From NCBI GenBank assembly GCA_034666805.1, contig JAXDLD010000475.1:1-38374 (forward strand): DNA of 38,374 nt. The letters are read 5' to 3'. Both the position numbers and the translations under genes were made by a program. The DNA comes from Acidobacteriota bacterium. Its GTDB lineage: Bacteria > Acidobacteriota > Thermoanaerobaculia > Multivoradales > UBA5704. The notes below the pieces were generated by a model. That model searched no databases. It was not told the origin of the DNA and worked only from the letters and a program-made list of their open reading frames with translations. The number at the start of each line of letters is the position of its first letter. Position 1 is the first letter of the stretch. Positions 1-7,012 of this stretch are shown here, piece after piece.

Positions 1-1
1 C

Positions 2-424
2 GCGCTCCTCGACCTCCAGCGGGAGGGGAAGATCCGGCACCTCGGGCTATCGGAGGTGACGGTCGAGCAGATCGCGGCCGTCCGCCGGCTGGCGGAGGTG
101 GTCTCGGTGCAGAACCGGTACAACCTGGTGGACCGGAAATCCGAGGGGGTGCTCGACTACTGTACCCGCGAGAACATCGGCTTCATCCCCTGGTTCCCGC
201 TCGCGACCGGCGACCTCGCGAAGCCCGGCGGCCCGCTCGCCCGGGTGGCGGAGCGGCTCGGCGCCGGGCCCGCGCAGGTGGCGATCGCCTGGCTCCTCCA
301 GAAATCCCCGGCGATGCTCCCGATCCCCGGGACCTCCAAGGTGAAGCACCTGGAGGAGAACACCGCCGCGGCCCTCTTGGAGCTCGACGACTCGACCTTC
401 AAGGAGTTGGAACGGGAGAGCTGA
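2..424 (+). CDS. aldo/keto reductase family oxidoreductase, C-terminal portion (5' end outside window)
   Basis: Frame of ORF 56..424 stays open back to the window edge. Translation [20 protein letters not shown]...[12 protein letters not shown]...[12 protein letters not shown]...[30 protein letters not shown] matches the conserved C-terminal blocks of AKR enzymes. Confidence 0.85.
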   Translation, partial: ALLDLQREGKIRHLGLSEVTVEQIAAVRRLAEVVSVQNRYNLVDRKSEGVLDYCTRENIGFIPWFPLATGDLAKPGGPLARVAERLGAGPAQVAIAWLLQKSPAMLPIPGTSKVKHLEENTAAALLELDDSTFKELERES

Positions 425-448
425 GCCGGCGGTCCTTCGCTACGATCG

Positions 449-988
449 CTACGACAACCGCGGCCCGCGCCGCGGGTCCGCCACCCACTGACCCAGCTCC
501 AGAGAGGAGAGGAACGAGCGCCAGAGCGCGTCGCAGCGTTCGAGGTCCGCGAGCCAGAAGTCGAAAGTGAGGAGAGCCTGGATCTCATCCTTCCGAGCGA
601 GGCAGAGGCGGGCGCAGGCCTCGCGCTTCTCCCGCTCGTCGATGAACCTGCCTTGACCCCAGGCGAGGACGAAGTCGATGTGGTCCTCGGAGACGACGGG
701 GTCCCTCGCGATAAAGGGCCGCTCGTCGTCGGCGAGCGAGCTATCGACCAGCGAGGCGACCGACAGCCCCTGCCCCTCGCGGGGCCAGCGATGGTAGGAG
801 ATGCCGAGGACGCAATCGTCGTCCGGCGGCTTCTTGTCATGGAGCCGCATCGAGTCGTCCGTCGGCTCGACGAACCAGGACTCCGGATATTCGAGGCGGA
901 CCGCGCCGCGATCGAGGACCAGGATCTTGTGGTGCGGTTGGGATCGCCAACCGTGGCCCGGGGCCATCCGCATGCGCTTTCTCTTCAT
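449..988 (-). CDS. hypothetical cytoplasmic protein (no signal peptide, no domain I recognise)
   Basis: 179-aa ORF with balanced, non-repetitive composition; competing frames are Arg/Pro/Gly-rich junk. A TAGAAT -10-like hexamer lies shortly upstream of the ATG. Lies downstream of the Cys-rich secreted protein gene on the same strand. Confidence 0.5.
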   Translation of the reverse strand: MKRKRMRMAPGHGWRSQPHHKILVLDRGAVRLEYPESWFVEPTDDSMRLHDKKPPDDDCVLGISYHRWPREGQGLSVASLVDSSLADDERPFIARDPVVSEDHIDFVLAWGQGRFIDEREKREACARLCLARKDEIQALLTFDFWLADLERCDALWRSFLSSLELGQWVADPRRGPRLS

Positions 989-1037
989 GGCTCGGCGCCG
1001 ATTCTACACCGAGCGATGCCGGTGGAGACGGCAACGA

Positions 1038-1075
1038 GGCCGGCGGGAGGGGGCCTCTCCCCTTTCCCGCCGGCC
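1038..1075 (-). terminator. GC-rich hairpin between the Cys-rich protein gene and the 179-aa ORF (possible terminator/attenuator, no clear U-tract)
   Basis: 11-bp perfect stem GGCCGGCGGGA / TCCCGCCGGCC read directly from the sequence, about 30 nt after the stop at 1105. Confidence 0.4.
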
Positions 1076-1104
1076 GGTTCTCCGGGCGGTGAGCCAGGTG
1101 CCGC

Positions 1105-1998
1105 TCAGCCTACGTAGCAGTAGTCGCCGCTGACGAAGCCGTGGCAGCTCGAGACGCACTCGTCGGGGGTCACCAGGTCGCCCTCACGGCACGAGCTGCC
1201 CCCACCGCCGCCGAAACCACCGCCGCCGCCGCCGCCACCGACCGGTGGGGGCGGCTGGGTCGGTGGCGTGTACTCGCAGGACGTCCCGGTGACGCCGCAC
1301 GAGCAGGCGTAGTCCCCCAGCGCGCAGACCGCGTCGCAGGAAAGCAGGCTACAGCAGCCGGTGCAGTAGGCATTCCAGCACTGCCAGTTGGCGTCGTCCG
1401 TCGCCCCCTCGCAACAGCCCGAGCGAGTGGCCGCGATGTTGGTGCCGCGCGCCCTTCTGCCCGTGCAGGTGATGCCGGAGTCGGCAAATTCGTCCTTGGA
1501 AAACAGCCGCATCAGGCCCTCGCTCTGGCGGCCCGTCCGCACGCGCTTGTGAAAACTCGCTCCGAGTTGGATCTTGTCGAGGCCGACGTCGTGGAGCGTC
1601 TCGAAGGCCATCTCGATCTGACCGCGGTAACGCAGCAGGAGCGGATCCTCGTGCGCCTTCTTGGCACGCGCTCCGGGGGCGGCGAAAGACTGCGCCGATT
1701 CTCCGCTGTCGAGATCCTTGACCGACAGCCGGCCGACGGTGAAGCTCCATTCGATCGAGAGGTGAGCCCCGCCGGGCTCGGTCAGTTCCAGGACCAGGCT
1801 GTTCTTAAGCTGGTGAACGGCGAGTTGGCCGACCTCCTGCCCGCCGTTGCCTTTCAACGAGACCAGCTTGCCGCGGTCCTGATCGGCGACCGAGTAGGAC
1901 TCCACCCCACGTTCTCGCGCCTTCGGTCCCACCGCCCAGGCGCCGGCGGCGAAAAGCGCGAGCACCAACCCGCAGAGCACGATCTGAAGCTGCTTCAT
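1105..1998 (-). CDS. secreted protein with Cys-rich C-terminal module and poly-Gly/Pro linker
   Basis: GGAGGT Shine-Dalgarno 6 nt before the ATG. N-terminal signal peptide MKQLQIVLCGLVLALFAAGAWA. The C-terminal ~120 aa carry 16 Cys (CC, CxxC-like spacings) interrupted by PPTQPPPPVGGGGGGGGFGGGGG. Confidence 0.7.
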   Translation of the reverse strand: MKQLQIVLCGLVLALFAAGAWAVGPKARERGVESYSVADQDRGKLVSLKGNGGQEVGQLAVHQLKNSLVLELTEPGGAHLSIEWSFTVGRLSVKDLDSGESAQSFAAPGARAKKAHEDPLLLRYRGQIEMAFETLHDVGLDKIQLGASFHKRVRTGRQSEGLMRLFSKDEFADSGITCTGRRARGTNIAATRSGCCEGATDDANWQCWNAYCTGCCSLLSCDAVCALGDYACSCGVTGTSCEYTPPTQPPPPVGGGGGGGGFGGGGGSSCREGDLVTPDECVSSCHGFVSGDYCYVG

Positions 1999-2249
1999 CG
2001 GATGACCTCCTACGCCCTAGGCGGGCACGACAGGCTTCGCTCCATAAGGGAACGCGCCACGAGGACCCGAGCTTCTCGCCCTGCACCCGGTACCCACCAG
2101 GGAGGGCGGCTCCCCTCAACCATTAACTAACGGACGGATTTCGCGAAGTGGTGAGGCAGAGCTTGGATTGAGGACCGTTTCTCGTGGAGGAGTCCTCGAT
2201 GAGCATCGACCGGCCGGTGGAAACTCCGGGGTCTCGGCGCTTGCGACCG

Positions 2250-2483
2250 CCGGGCGAACGTTTCCCGGTGGCAGGCGAACCTTCCCCGATACCGGGCGAA
2301 CCTTTCCCGATGCCAGGCGAACCTTTCCCGATGCCGGGCGAGTTTCTCCCGATACCCGGCGAAGCTCTCCCGGTACAAGGCGAAGCTTTCCCGATGCCGG
2401 GATTACGTTTCCTGATACCGGGAAAGCTTCGCCCGGTGCTGGCGAGCGTTCCCAACACCGGGCGAGTTTCCCCCGGCGTCGGC
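2250..2483. repeat. tandem array R1: about 11 copies of a 21-nt unit, consensus GGCGAASCTTTCCCGATRCCR
   Basis: Units start at 2253, 2274, 2295, 2316, 2337, 2358, 2379 and 2400 in exact 21-nt register, then drift by 1 nt. This gives heptad-periodic translations (PGEPFPM etc.) and open frames on both strands. Confidence 0.9.
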
Positions 2484-2686
2484 ATGGGGTCGCCAGCACC
2501 CGGCGAGCGTCGTCCCTACGTCCCGGGATGCGCTCACCGGAGGACTAGGAGCCACGGGAACCATGAACCTCCCCAGCCGCCCTCTCTCTGCCAGGGGTTC
2601 GAACGGAGCCGACGCCCCTCCCCCGCAACGCCCGGGTTTGAACCAGCCGGCGGCTAGTACTTGAGCCGCCGGCTGGCCGAGCCTCG

Positions 2687-3856
2687 CTAGGACTCCAGGC
2701 CGACCCGGGACCTGTGTACGGCTGGCGGCGCGGCGGGAGGAGCGGCGACGGCAGTTCCGTGTGCGACCGGAGCAACGGCAGCGACGGCCGCAGCCGGGGC
2801 AGGCCCGGCAGCCGGCGCTGGAGGCAGAGCGGCGGCTCCGCCAGCCCCGGCGGCTCCGCCAGGTCCACCCGCTCCGGGAGCGGCCCCGTTCGGCGTGGGG
2901 TCGGGGTCAGGGTTGGAACCGGAGGCGGCCTTCTTGAGCAGGTAGGCGCCCTGGCCGAGGCCGAACGCGGCGAGCAGTGTGCTGTCGGCGTCCGGCAGGG
3001 TCACCGTGGCCGAAAGGTCGAGGGCGCGTAGGAACATGAAGACCTGGACGACGTAGGTGAGCGCTGCGACGAGCGTGATCAGTACCATCTGGAAGTCGCC
3101 GAGGTCGACGTGGGTGCCGTCGTCGTGGACGAGGTCATAGACCAGGTTGGCCGAGCGGACGTTGGCCTTGTAGAGAGACGCCGCATTCGGAACGCCTTTC
3201 GCCACCGCGGCGTCGACCCGATCCTGCTTCGTCTGGGTGATCGCCTTGGCTCCAGCGAAGGTCAGCGCGGAGAGGCCGGAGAGGGCGAGCAGATTGGCCG
3301 GGATCCGGACAGTTCCGATCAGCAAGTTGGCGCTGTAGCAGAAGCGCAGCCAGAGCGTGGACAGGTAAGCGACCATCAAAACCCCGAACCAGACGACGAG
3401 TTGGAACTTTGACTTGCTGTAGAGACCGTCGATCCCAAGGATGAGATTGGCGATCGCTCCCTTGCCCAGTACGACCCAGGCGAAGAGCAAGAGGAGGGCG
3501 GCGGCACCCATCATGGTCACAAACCGCATCCAAGGCGTCACGGGCTGCGTATCGATCTGCAGATTCAGCTTCGGCTTCGACTGGATGTCGACCAGATCCC
3601 TTGGGTGGATCGAAGACTTGACGAAGGCCCGCAGCTCCGCCGGCACTGGGAGGAGCTCCTTGGGCTGGCCTTTCCTCGCGATGTGGGTCACCGTCACGGA
3701 CGTCTGGCCTTCCGTCACCCCGGCGACCTGCGCCGGGTAGTGGAAGCCGGCGGGGAACTCGAGCGGGTCCGAGCCTGGCCGCGGCCAGCTTCCCAGGACT
3801 ACGAGGACCAAGACCAGGGCCAGCCAAAGGATCAACCCCTTCGAATTCTTCACCAT
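2687..3856 (-). CDS. multipass membrane protein with Ala/Pro/Gly-rich low-complexity C-terminal tail
   Basis: GAGGAGG SD 7 nt upstream of the ATG at 3856; the track start at 3862 is a TTG two codons earlier. Several hydrophobic helices (LILWLALVLVLVVLG, AAALLLLFAWVVLG, LVVWFGVLMVAYLSTLWL, MVLITLVAALTYVVQVFMFL). The tail is GAAPGAGGPGGAAGAGGAAALPPAPAAGPAPAAAVAAVAP... Confidence 0.65.
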   Translation of the reverse strand: MVKNSKGLILWLALVLVLVVLGSWPRPGSDPLEFPAGFHYPAQVAGVTEGQTSVTVTHIARKGQPKELLPVPAELRAFVKSSIHPRDLVDIQSKPKLNLQIDTQPVTPWMRFVTMMGAAALLLLFAWVVLGKGAIANLILGIDGLYSKSKFQLVVWFGVLMVAYLSTLWLRFCYSANLLIGTVRIPANLLALSGLSALTFAGAKAITQTKQDRVDAAVAKGVPNAASLYKANVRSANLVYDLVHDDGTHVDLGDFQMVLITLVAALTYVVQVFMFLRALDLSATVTLPDADSTLLAAFGLGQGAYLLKKAASGSNPDPDPTPNGAAPGAGGPGGAAGAGGAAALPPAPAAGPAPAAAVAAVAPVAHGTAVAAPPAAPPAVHRSRVGLES

Positions 3857-3956
3857 CGTCAATCCTCCTCAACTAGATCGACGGACGGGCGAAGATTTTT
3901 CCGTCCGGCTCAGAAACGATCTCAGCCTCGGCACCAGTCCCGGAGGAGGTCGCGGC

Positions 3957-4301
3957 TCAGAGCGCCATCGATAGACGCAGACCCTCGCCGACCGCTTCCA
4001 TCGTGGTGGGCCGCAAACGCCCCGCGCGCGACCGCAAGGATCGCTTGTCGAGGGTGAATAGCTGAGAGACGTTGACCACAGAGGGCCGGGGCAGGCCCGA
4101 CTCCCGAACGCCGATCTCGACGTTGCCCGGCGCCTGCGCGAGAGCCAGGTTGCCGGTGATGACCACTGTGATGACGGTCTGGACGCGGCTGCGATTGAAC
4201 GCTTGGGACTGAATCACGAGGACCGGTCGTGTGCCGGCTGGTGAGGAATCCTCGGGGTCCGGCAGGTCGGCCCACCAGATCTCGCCGCGGGCTATTTCCA
4301 T
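3957..4301 (-). CDS. mazF: type II toxin, PemK/MazF family endoribonuclease
   Basis: MEIARGEIWWADLPDP....RPVLVIQSQAFN...VITVVITGN...NVSQLFTLDK is the typical PemK/MazF pattern. Overlaps the upstream small RHH gene by 10 nt. Confidence 0.8.
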   Translation of the reverse strand: MEIARGEIWWADLPDPEDSSPAGTRPVLVIQSQAFNRSRVQTVITVVITGNLALAQAPGNVEIGVRESGLPRPSVVNVSQLFTLDKRSLRSRAGRLRPTTMEAVGEGLRLSMAL

Positions 4302-4531
4302 GACTCCCGAGGCAGGGCGCGAGACGCGAGCTTGGTAAAGACCGGATCGGGCTCAGAGGGCTCCCGGTCGTAGACCTCGTTCAGCCGCCGGGTCACCTCG
4401 TCATCATCGTGCCGCTCCAGGTAGGCGCGAAGCGCGATGGAGTACAGGTGACTTCTAGAGACACCGAGCCGCTGAGCCAAACGCTCCCCCGCCTCGAACA
4501 CGGGATCAGGAACGGAGATGGCCGTTTTCAT
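4292..4531 (-). CDS. ribbon-helix-helix (CopG/MazE-like) antitoxin
   Basis: Internal Met of ORF 4292..4627: MKTAISVPDPVFEAGERLAQRLGVSRSHLYSIALRAYLE has an RHH beta-strand/helix pattern. Its stop overlaps the mazF-like start. Confidence 0.7.
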   Translation of the reverse strand: MKTAISVPDPVFEAGERLAQRLGVSRSHLYSIALRAYLERHDDDEVTRRLNEVYDREPSEPDPVFTKLASRALPRESWK

Positions 4532-4649
4532 GCCCGAAGTATAACACCGGTAGGAAGCCGCTTCGGCTGCCGGCTCGCCGCCGGAGCGGTTCAAACGAAT
4601 CGCCTGGCACCTCCGGAAGTCCCCCACACCGAGCTCTCGCGGCAGGTCT

Positions 4650-4907
4650 GTCCGATGTCTCGACGATGTGGGTGGAGAGGATCACCGTCCGGTCGGCAGC
4701 CAGGTGGACGAGGAGATTGCGAAACCGGATGCGCTCCTCGGGATCGAGACCGGCGGTCGGCTCGTCGACGATCAAGACTTTCGGATCGTTGACCAGCGCC
4801 TGCGCGATCCCCACGCGCCGTTTCATGCCACCCGAGAAGCCCTTGATCTTCCGGTGGGCGGAATCTTCCAGGGCGACCATCGCGAGCACTTCCGCGACGC
4901 GCTTCTC
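4650..4907 (-). pseudogene. internal fragment of an ABC-transporter ATPase gene (signature motif to H-loop only)
   Basis: Translation FSGGMKRRVGIAQALVNDPKVLIVDEPTAGLDPEERIRFRNLLVHLAADRTVILSTHIVE contains the LSGGQ-like signature, Walker B, D-loop and H-loop. Walker A/Q-loop and the C-terminus are absent, and the flanking translation is junk. Confidence 0.7.
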
Positions 4908-5218
4908 AGATCCGCCGACAGGATTCCGACGACGACCGGGAAGAACACGTTGACGGCGACGAGGAAGCGGCCGGCCACCGGCCAAATCTCAGATTTGGGT
5001 ATGACAGACCCTTTCGGCGCATCGACATGCTGATCTCGTGCGAAGAATCCCTGTAAAGCGGCGCATCAGCCCTCCTGGACCTCAGTGCTAGGAACGCAGG
5101 AGGGGGATGATTCTTACAGGGCGCCATCTTGCCGTTGCTGGCGAAGTTCGTGGATCTGCCGCGGTGTCCATCGGGCGACCGGTATACTACACTCGGATCG
5201 ACGGCCGAGACCGAGCCT

Positions 5219-5560
5219 ATGCCTATCGAGCGCCTCCTCCCGGACCGTCCCTTGGACTTCATCCGGCGATGTGTGAGCCAACGCAAGATTCTTTGGACAT
5301 ATCACGCAAACATGCGCCTCCGCAGGAGGTTCATTGAGCGAGCTTCGATCCTGGGCGCAGTCGACGCGTTCGAGATCATCGAAAGCTACCCGGAGGACAA
5401 GTATCTGCCCAGCTATCTCGTATATGGACGGGCAGGCGGTACGGTCTTCCACGTGCTCTTCGCTGTTGATCTCGAAGGAGACAACGTGCGGGTCGTCACC
5501 GCCTATCAGCCCGACCCGAAAGATTGGGAGCAAGACTTGAAAACGAGGAGAAAGCCTTGA
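5219..5560 (+). CDS. DUF4258-family putative toxin
   Basis: Internal Met of ORF 5129..5560. ...KILWTYHANMRLRRRFIERASILGAVDAFEIIESYPEDKYLPSYLVYG....VFHVLFAVD..NVRVVTAYQPD resembles the DUF4258 pattern. Overlaps the following zinc-finger gene. Confidence 0.65.
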   Translation: MPIERLLPDRPLDFIRRCVSQRKILWTYHANMRLRRRFIERASILGAVDAFEIIESYPEDKYLPSYLVYGRAGGTVFHVLFAVDLEGDNVRVVTAYQPDPKDWEQDLKTRRKP

Positions 5561-5778
5561 AGTGCCATGTCTGCGGCTCGACTCTGGTCCCTATCGTCAC
5601 GGACCTACCCTTCAAGCTGAGCGAGACGACCATCGTCATCGTGAAGGCCCTCCCGGTACTCCAGTGCGAAAGCTGCAGCGAGTACGCTCTGGAGGACGGG
5701 GTCCTGCAACAGGTGGACGCGATCCTTGAGCGGGCAGATCCGAGCGCGGAGTTGGAGATCGTCCGCTACGCTGCTTGA
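5524..5778 (+). CDS. YgiT-type zinc-finger protein (MqsA-like antitoxin N-domain)
   Basis: KCHVCGS...(32 aa)...CESCSEY forms a CxxC...CxxC finger. The real start may be the TTG at 5557, which overlaps the upstream TGA (TTGA) and has GGAG 8 nt upstream. Confidence 0.7.
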   Translation: MGARLENEEKALKCHVCGSTLVPIVTDLPFKLSETTIVIVKALPVLQCESCSEYALEDGVLQQVDAILERADPSAELEIVRYAA

Positions 5779-5782
5779 GGAC

Positions 5783-7012
5783 TCACGAGGCTTCCAAGAT
5801 GCGCGCTGGATCAGCGCCCACCACCGGCCCCTGCGCCACCGCGAGCCACCCCTTGAGGTACTCGCCCTGCGGATGGGTGACGGCCACGGGGTGGTCAGGG
5901 GCGGCGCCCAGGGGCGCCAGGAGGGCGAGGCGGACGCCGGCTTCGACCGCGGCGGCGAAGAGGATCTGGCGGAAGAGCTTGGTGTCGACCGCGCCGCTGC
6001 AACTGAAGGTGAGGAAGAGGCCGCCGGGGGCCAGGCGCTGGAGCGCCAGGCGGTTCAAGTCCTTGTAGGCGCGGGCCGCGGAGTCCAGGTCGGCGCGCTT
6101 GCGGACCAGGGGGGGCGGGTCGCAGACCACCAGGTCGTAACGCTCGCTCCTCTGCCTCAGGTCCTCGAAGACGTTCGCCTTCACCCACTCGGCACGATCC
6201 CCGGAGAGCCCGTTGGCCTCGTAGTGGCGGCGGCCCCGGTCGATCAGCTGGGCCGAGGACTCGACGTGGACCACCCGGGTGGCGCCGCCCCGCAGGGCAT
6301 AGAGGCCGACCGCTCCCGAGTGGGCGAAAAGGTCGAGCACCGAGCGGCCGGCGGCGTAGCGCTCGACCAGGCGCCGGTTCTCCCGCTGGTCACAGTAGAA
6401 GCCGGTCTTCTGCCCCGCCTCCAAGTCGGCGGTGAAATTTAAGCCCGACTCGCGGAAGGCGACTTCGGCCGGGATCTCCCCGGCGATCACCTCGTCCTCC
6501 CGGGTGAGGTCCTCGGCACGCCGCGCCGGGAGGTCGTTCGACTGCAAGATCGCCGTCCCCGGCAGGGCTTCGGCCAACGCTCCGTAGGCCTCGGTGCGCA
6601 AGGCCTCCAGGCCGGCCGCCGTCACCTGGCTGACCAGGACGTCGCCATAGCGGTCGACCGTCCAGCCCGGCAGGCCGTCCCCCTCGGCGTTGACGAGCCG
6701 ATAGCCGGTGGTGTCGGGAGGCAGCACCGCCCGGCGGAGAGCCTGGGCCTCGGCCAGGCGGGCGGCGAAGAAACGTTGGTCGATCGCGGCGGGCTCACCC
6801 TCCCCCCAGGTGAGCAGGCGGACCCGGATCTGCGAGCGCGGGCTGTAGAGGCCCACCCCCAGCGCCCGGCCGGAGGAGTCGACGACGAGCGCCAGAGGGG
6901 CCTCGTGCGAGCCCTCCGCGCGCGCCACCGACCCCGAGAAGAGCCAGGGGTGGCCGTCTAAAACCGACTTCTCGCGCCCCGGGTGGAGGACGACCCGGAC
7001 CGCGCTACCCAC
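5783..7012 (-). CDS. rlmI: class I SAM-dependent rRNA methyltransferase, RlmI-like (PUA-like N-domain + MTase)
   Basis: N-terminal LHPGREKSVLDGHPWLFSGSV, SAM-binding VLDLFAHSGAVGLYALRGGA, and motif IV VVCDPPPL. GTG start overlaps the stop of the preceding VWA gene by 8 nt. Confidence 0.75.
   Translation of the reverse strand: MGSAVRVVLHPGREKSVLDGHPWLFSGSVARAEGSHEAPLALVVDSSGRALGVGLYSPRSQIRVRLLTWGEGEPAAIDQRFFAARLAEAQALRRAVLPPDTTGYRLVNAEGDGLPGWTVDRYGDVLVSQVTAAGLEALRTEAYGALAEALPGTAILQSNDLPARRAEDLTREDEVIAGEIPAEVAFRESGLNFTADLEAGQKTGFYCDQRENRRLVERYAAGRSVLDLFAHSGAVGLYALRGGATRVVHVESSAQLIDRGRRHYEANGLSGDRAEWVKANVFEDLRQRSERYDLVVCDPPPLVRKRADLDSAARAYKDLNRLALQRLAPGGLFLTFSCSGAVDTKLFRQILFAAAVEAGVRLALLAPLGAAPDHPVAVTHPQGEYLKGWLAVAQGPVVGADPARILEAS

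Noticed and set aside
2116-2657. Five overlapping ORFs across array R1 giving heptad-repeat proteins (e.g. PGEPFPMPGEPFPM)
   Set aside because: All frames on both strands are open simply because a stop-free 21-nt unit is repeated. There is no SD or credible start, and no frame is favoured over the others. Coding cannot be fully excluded without expression data.
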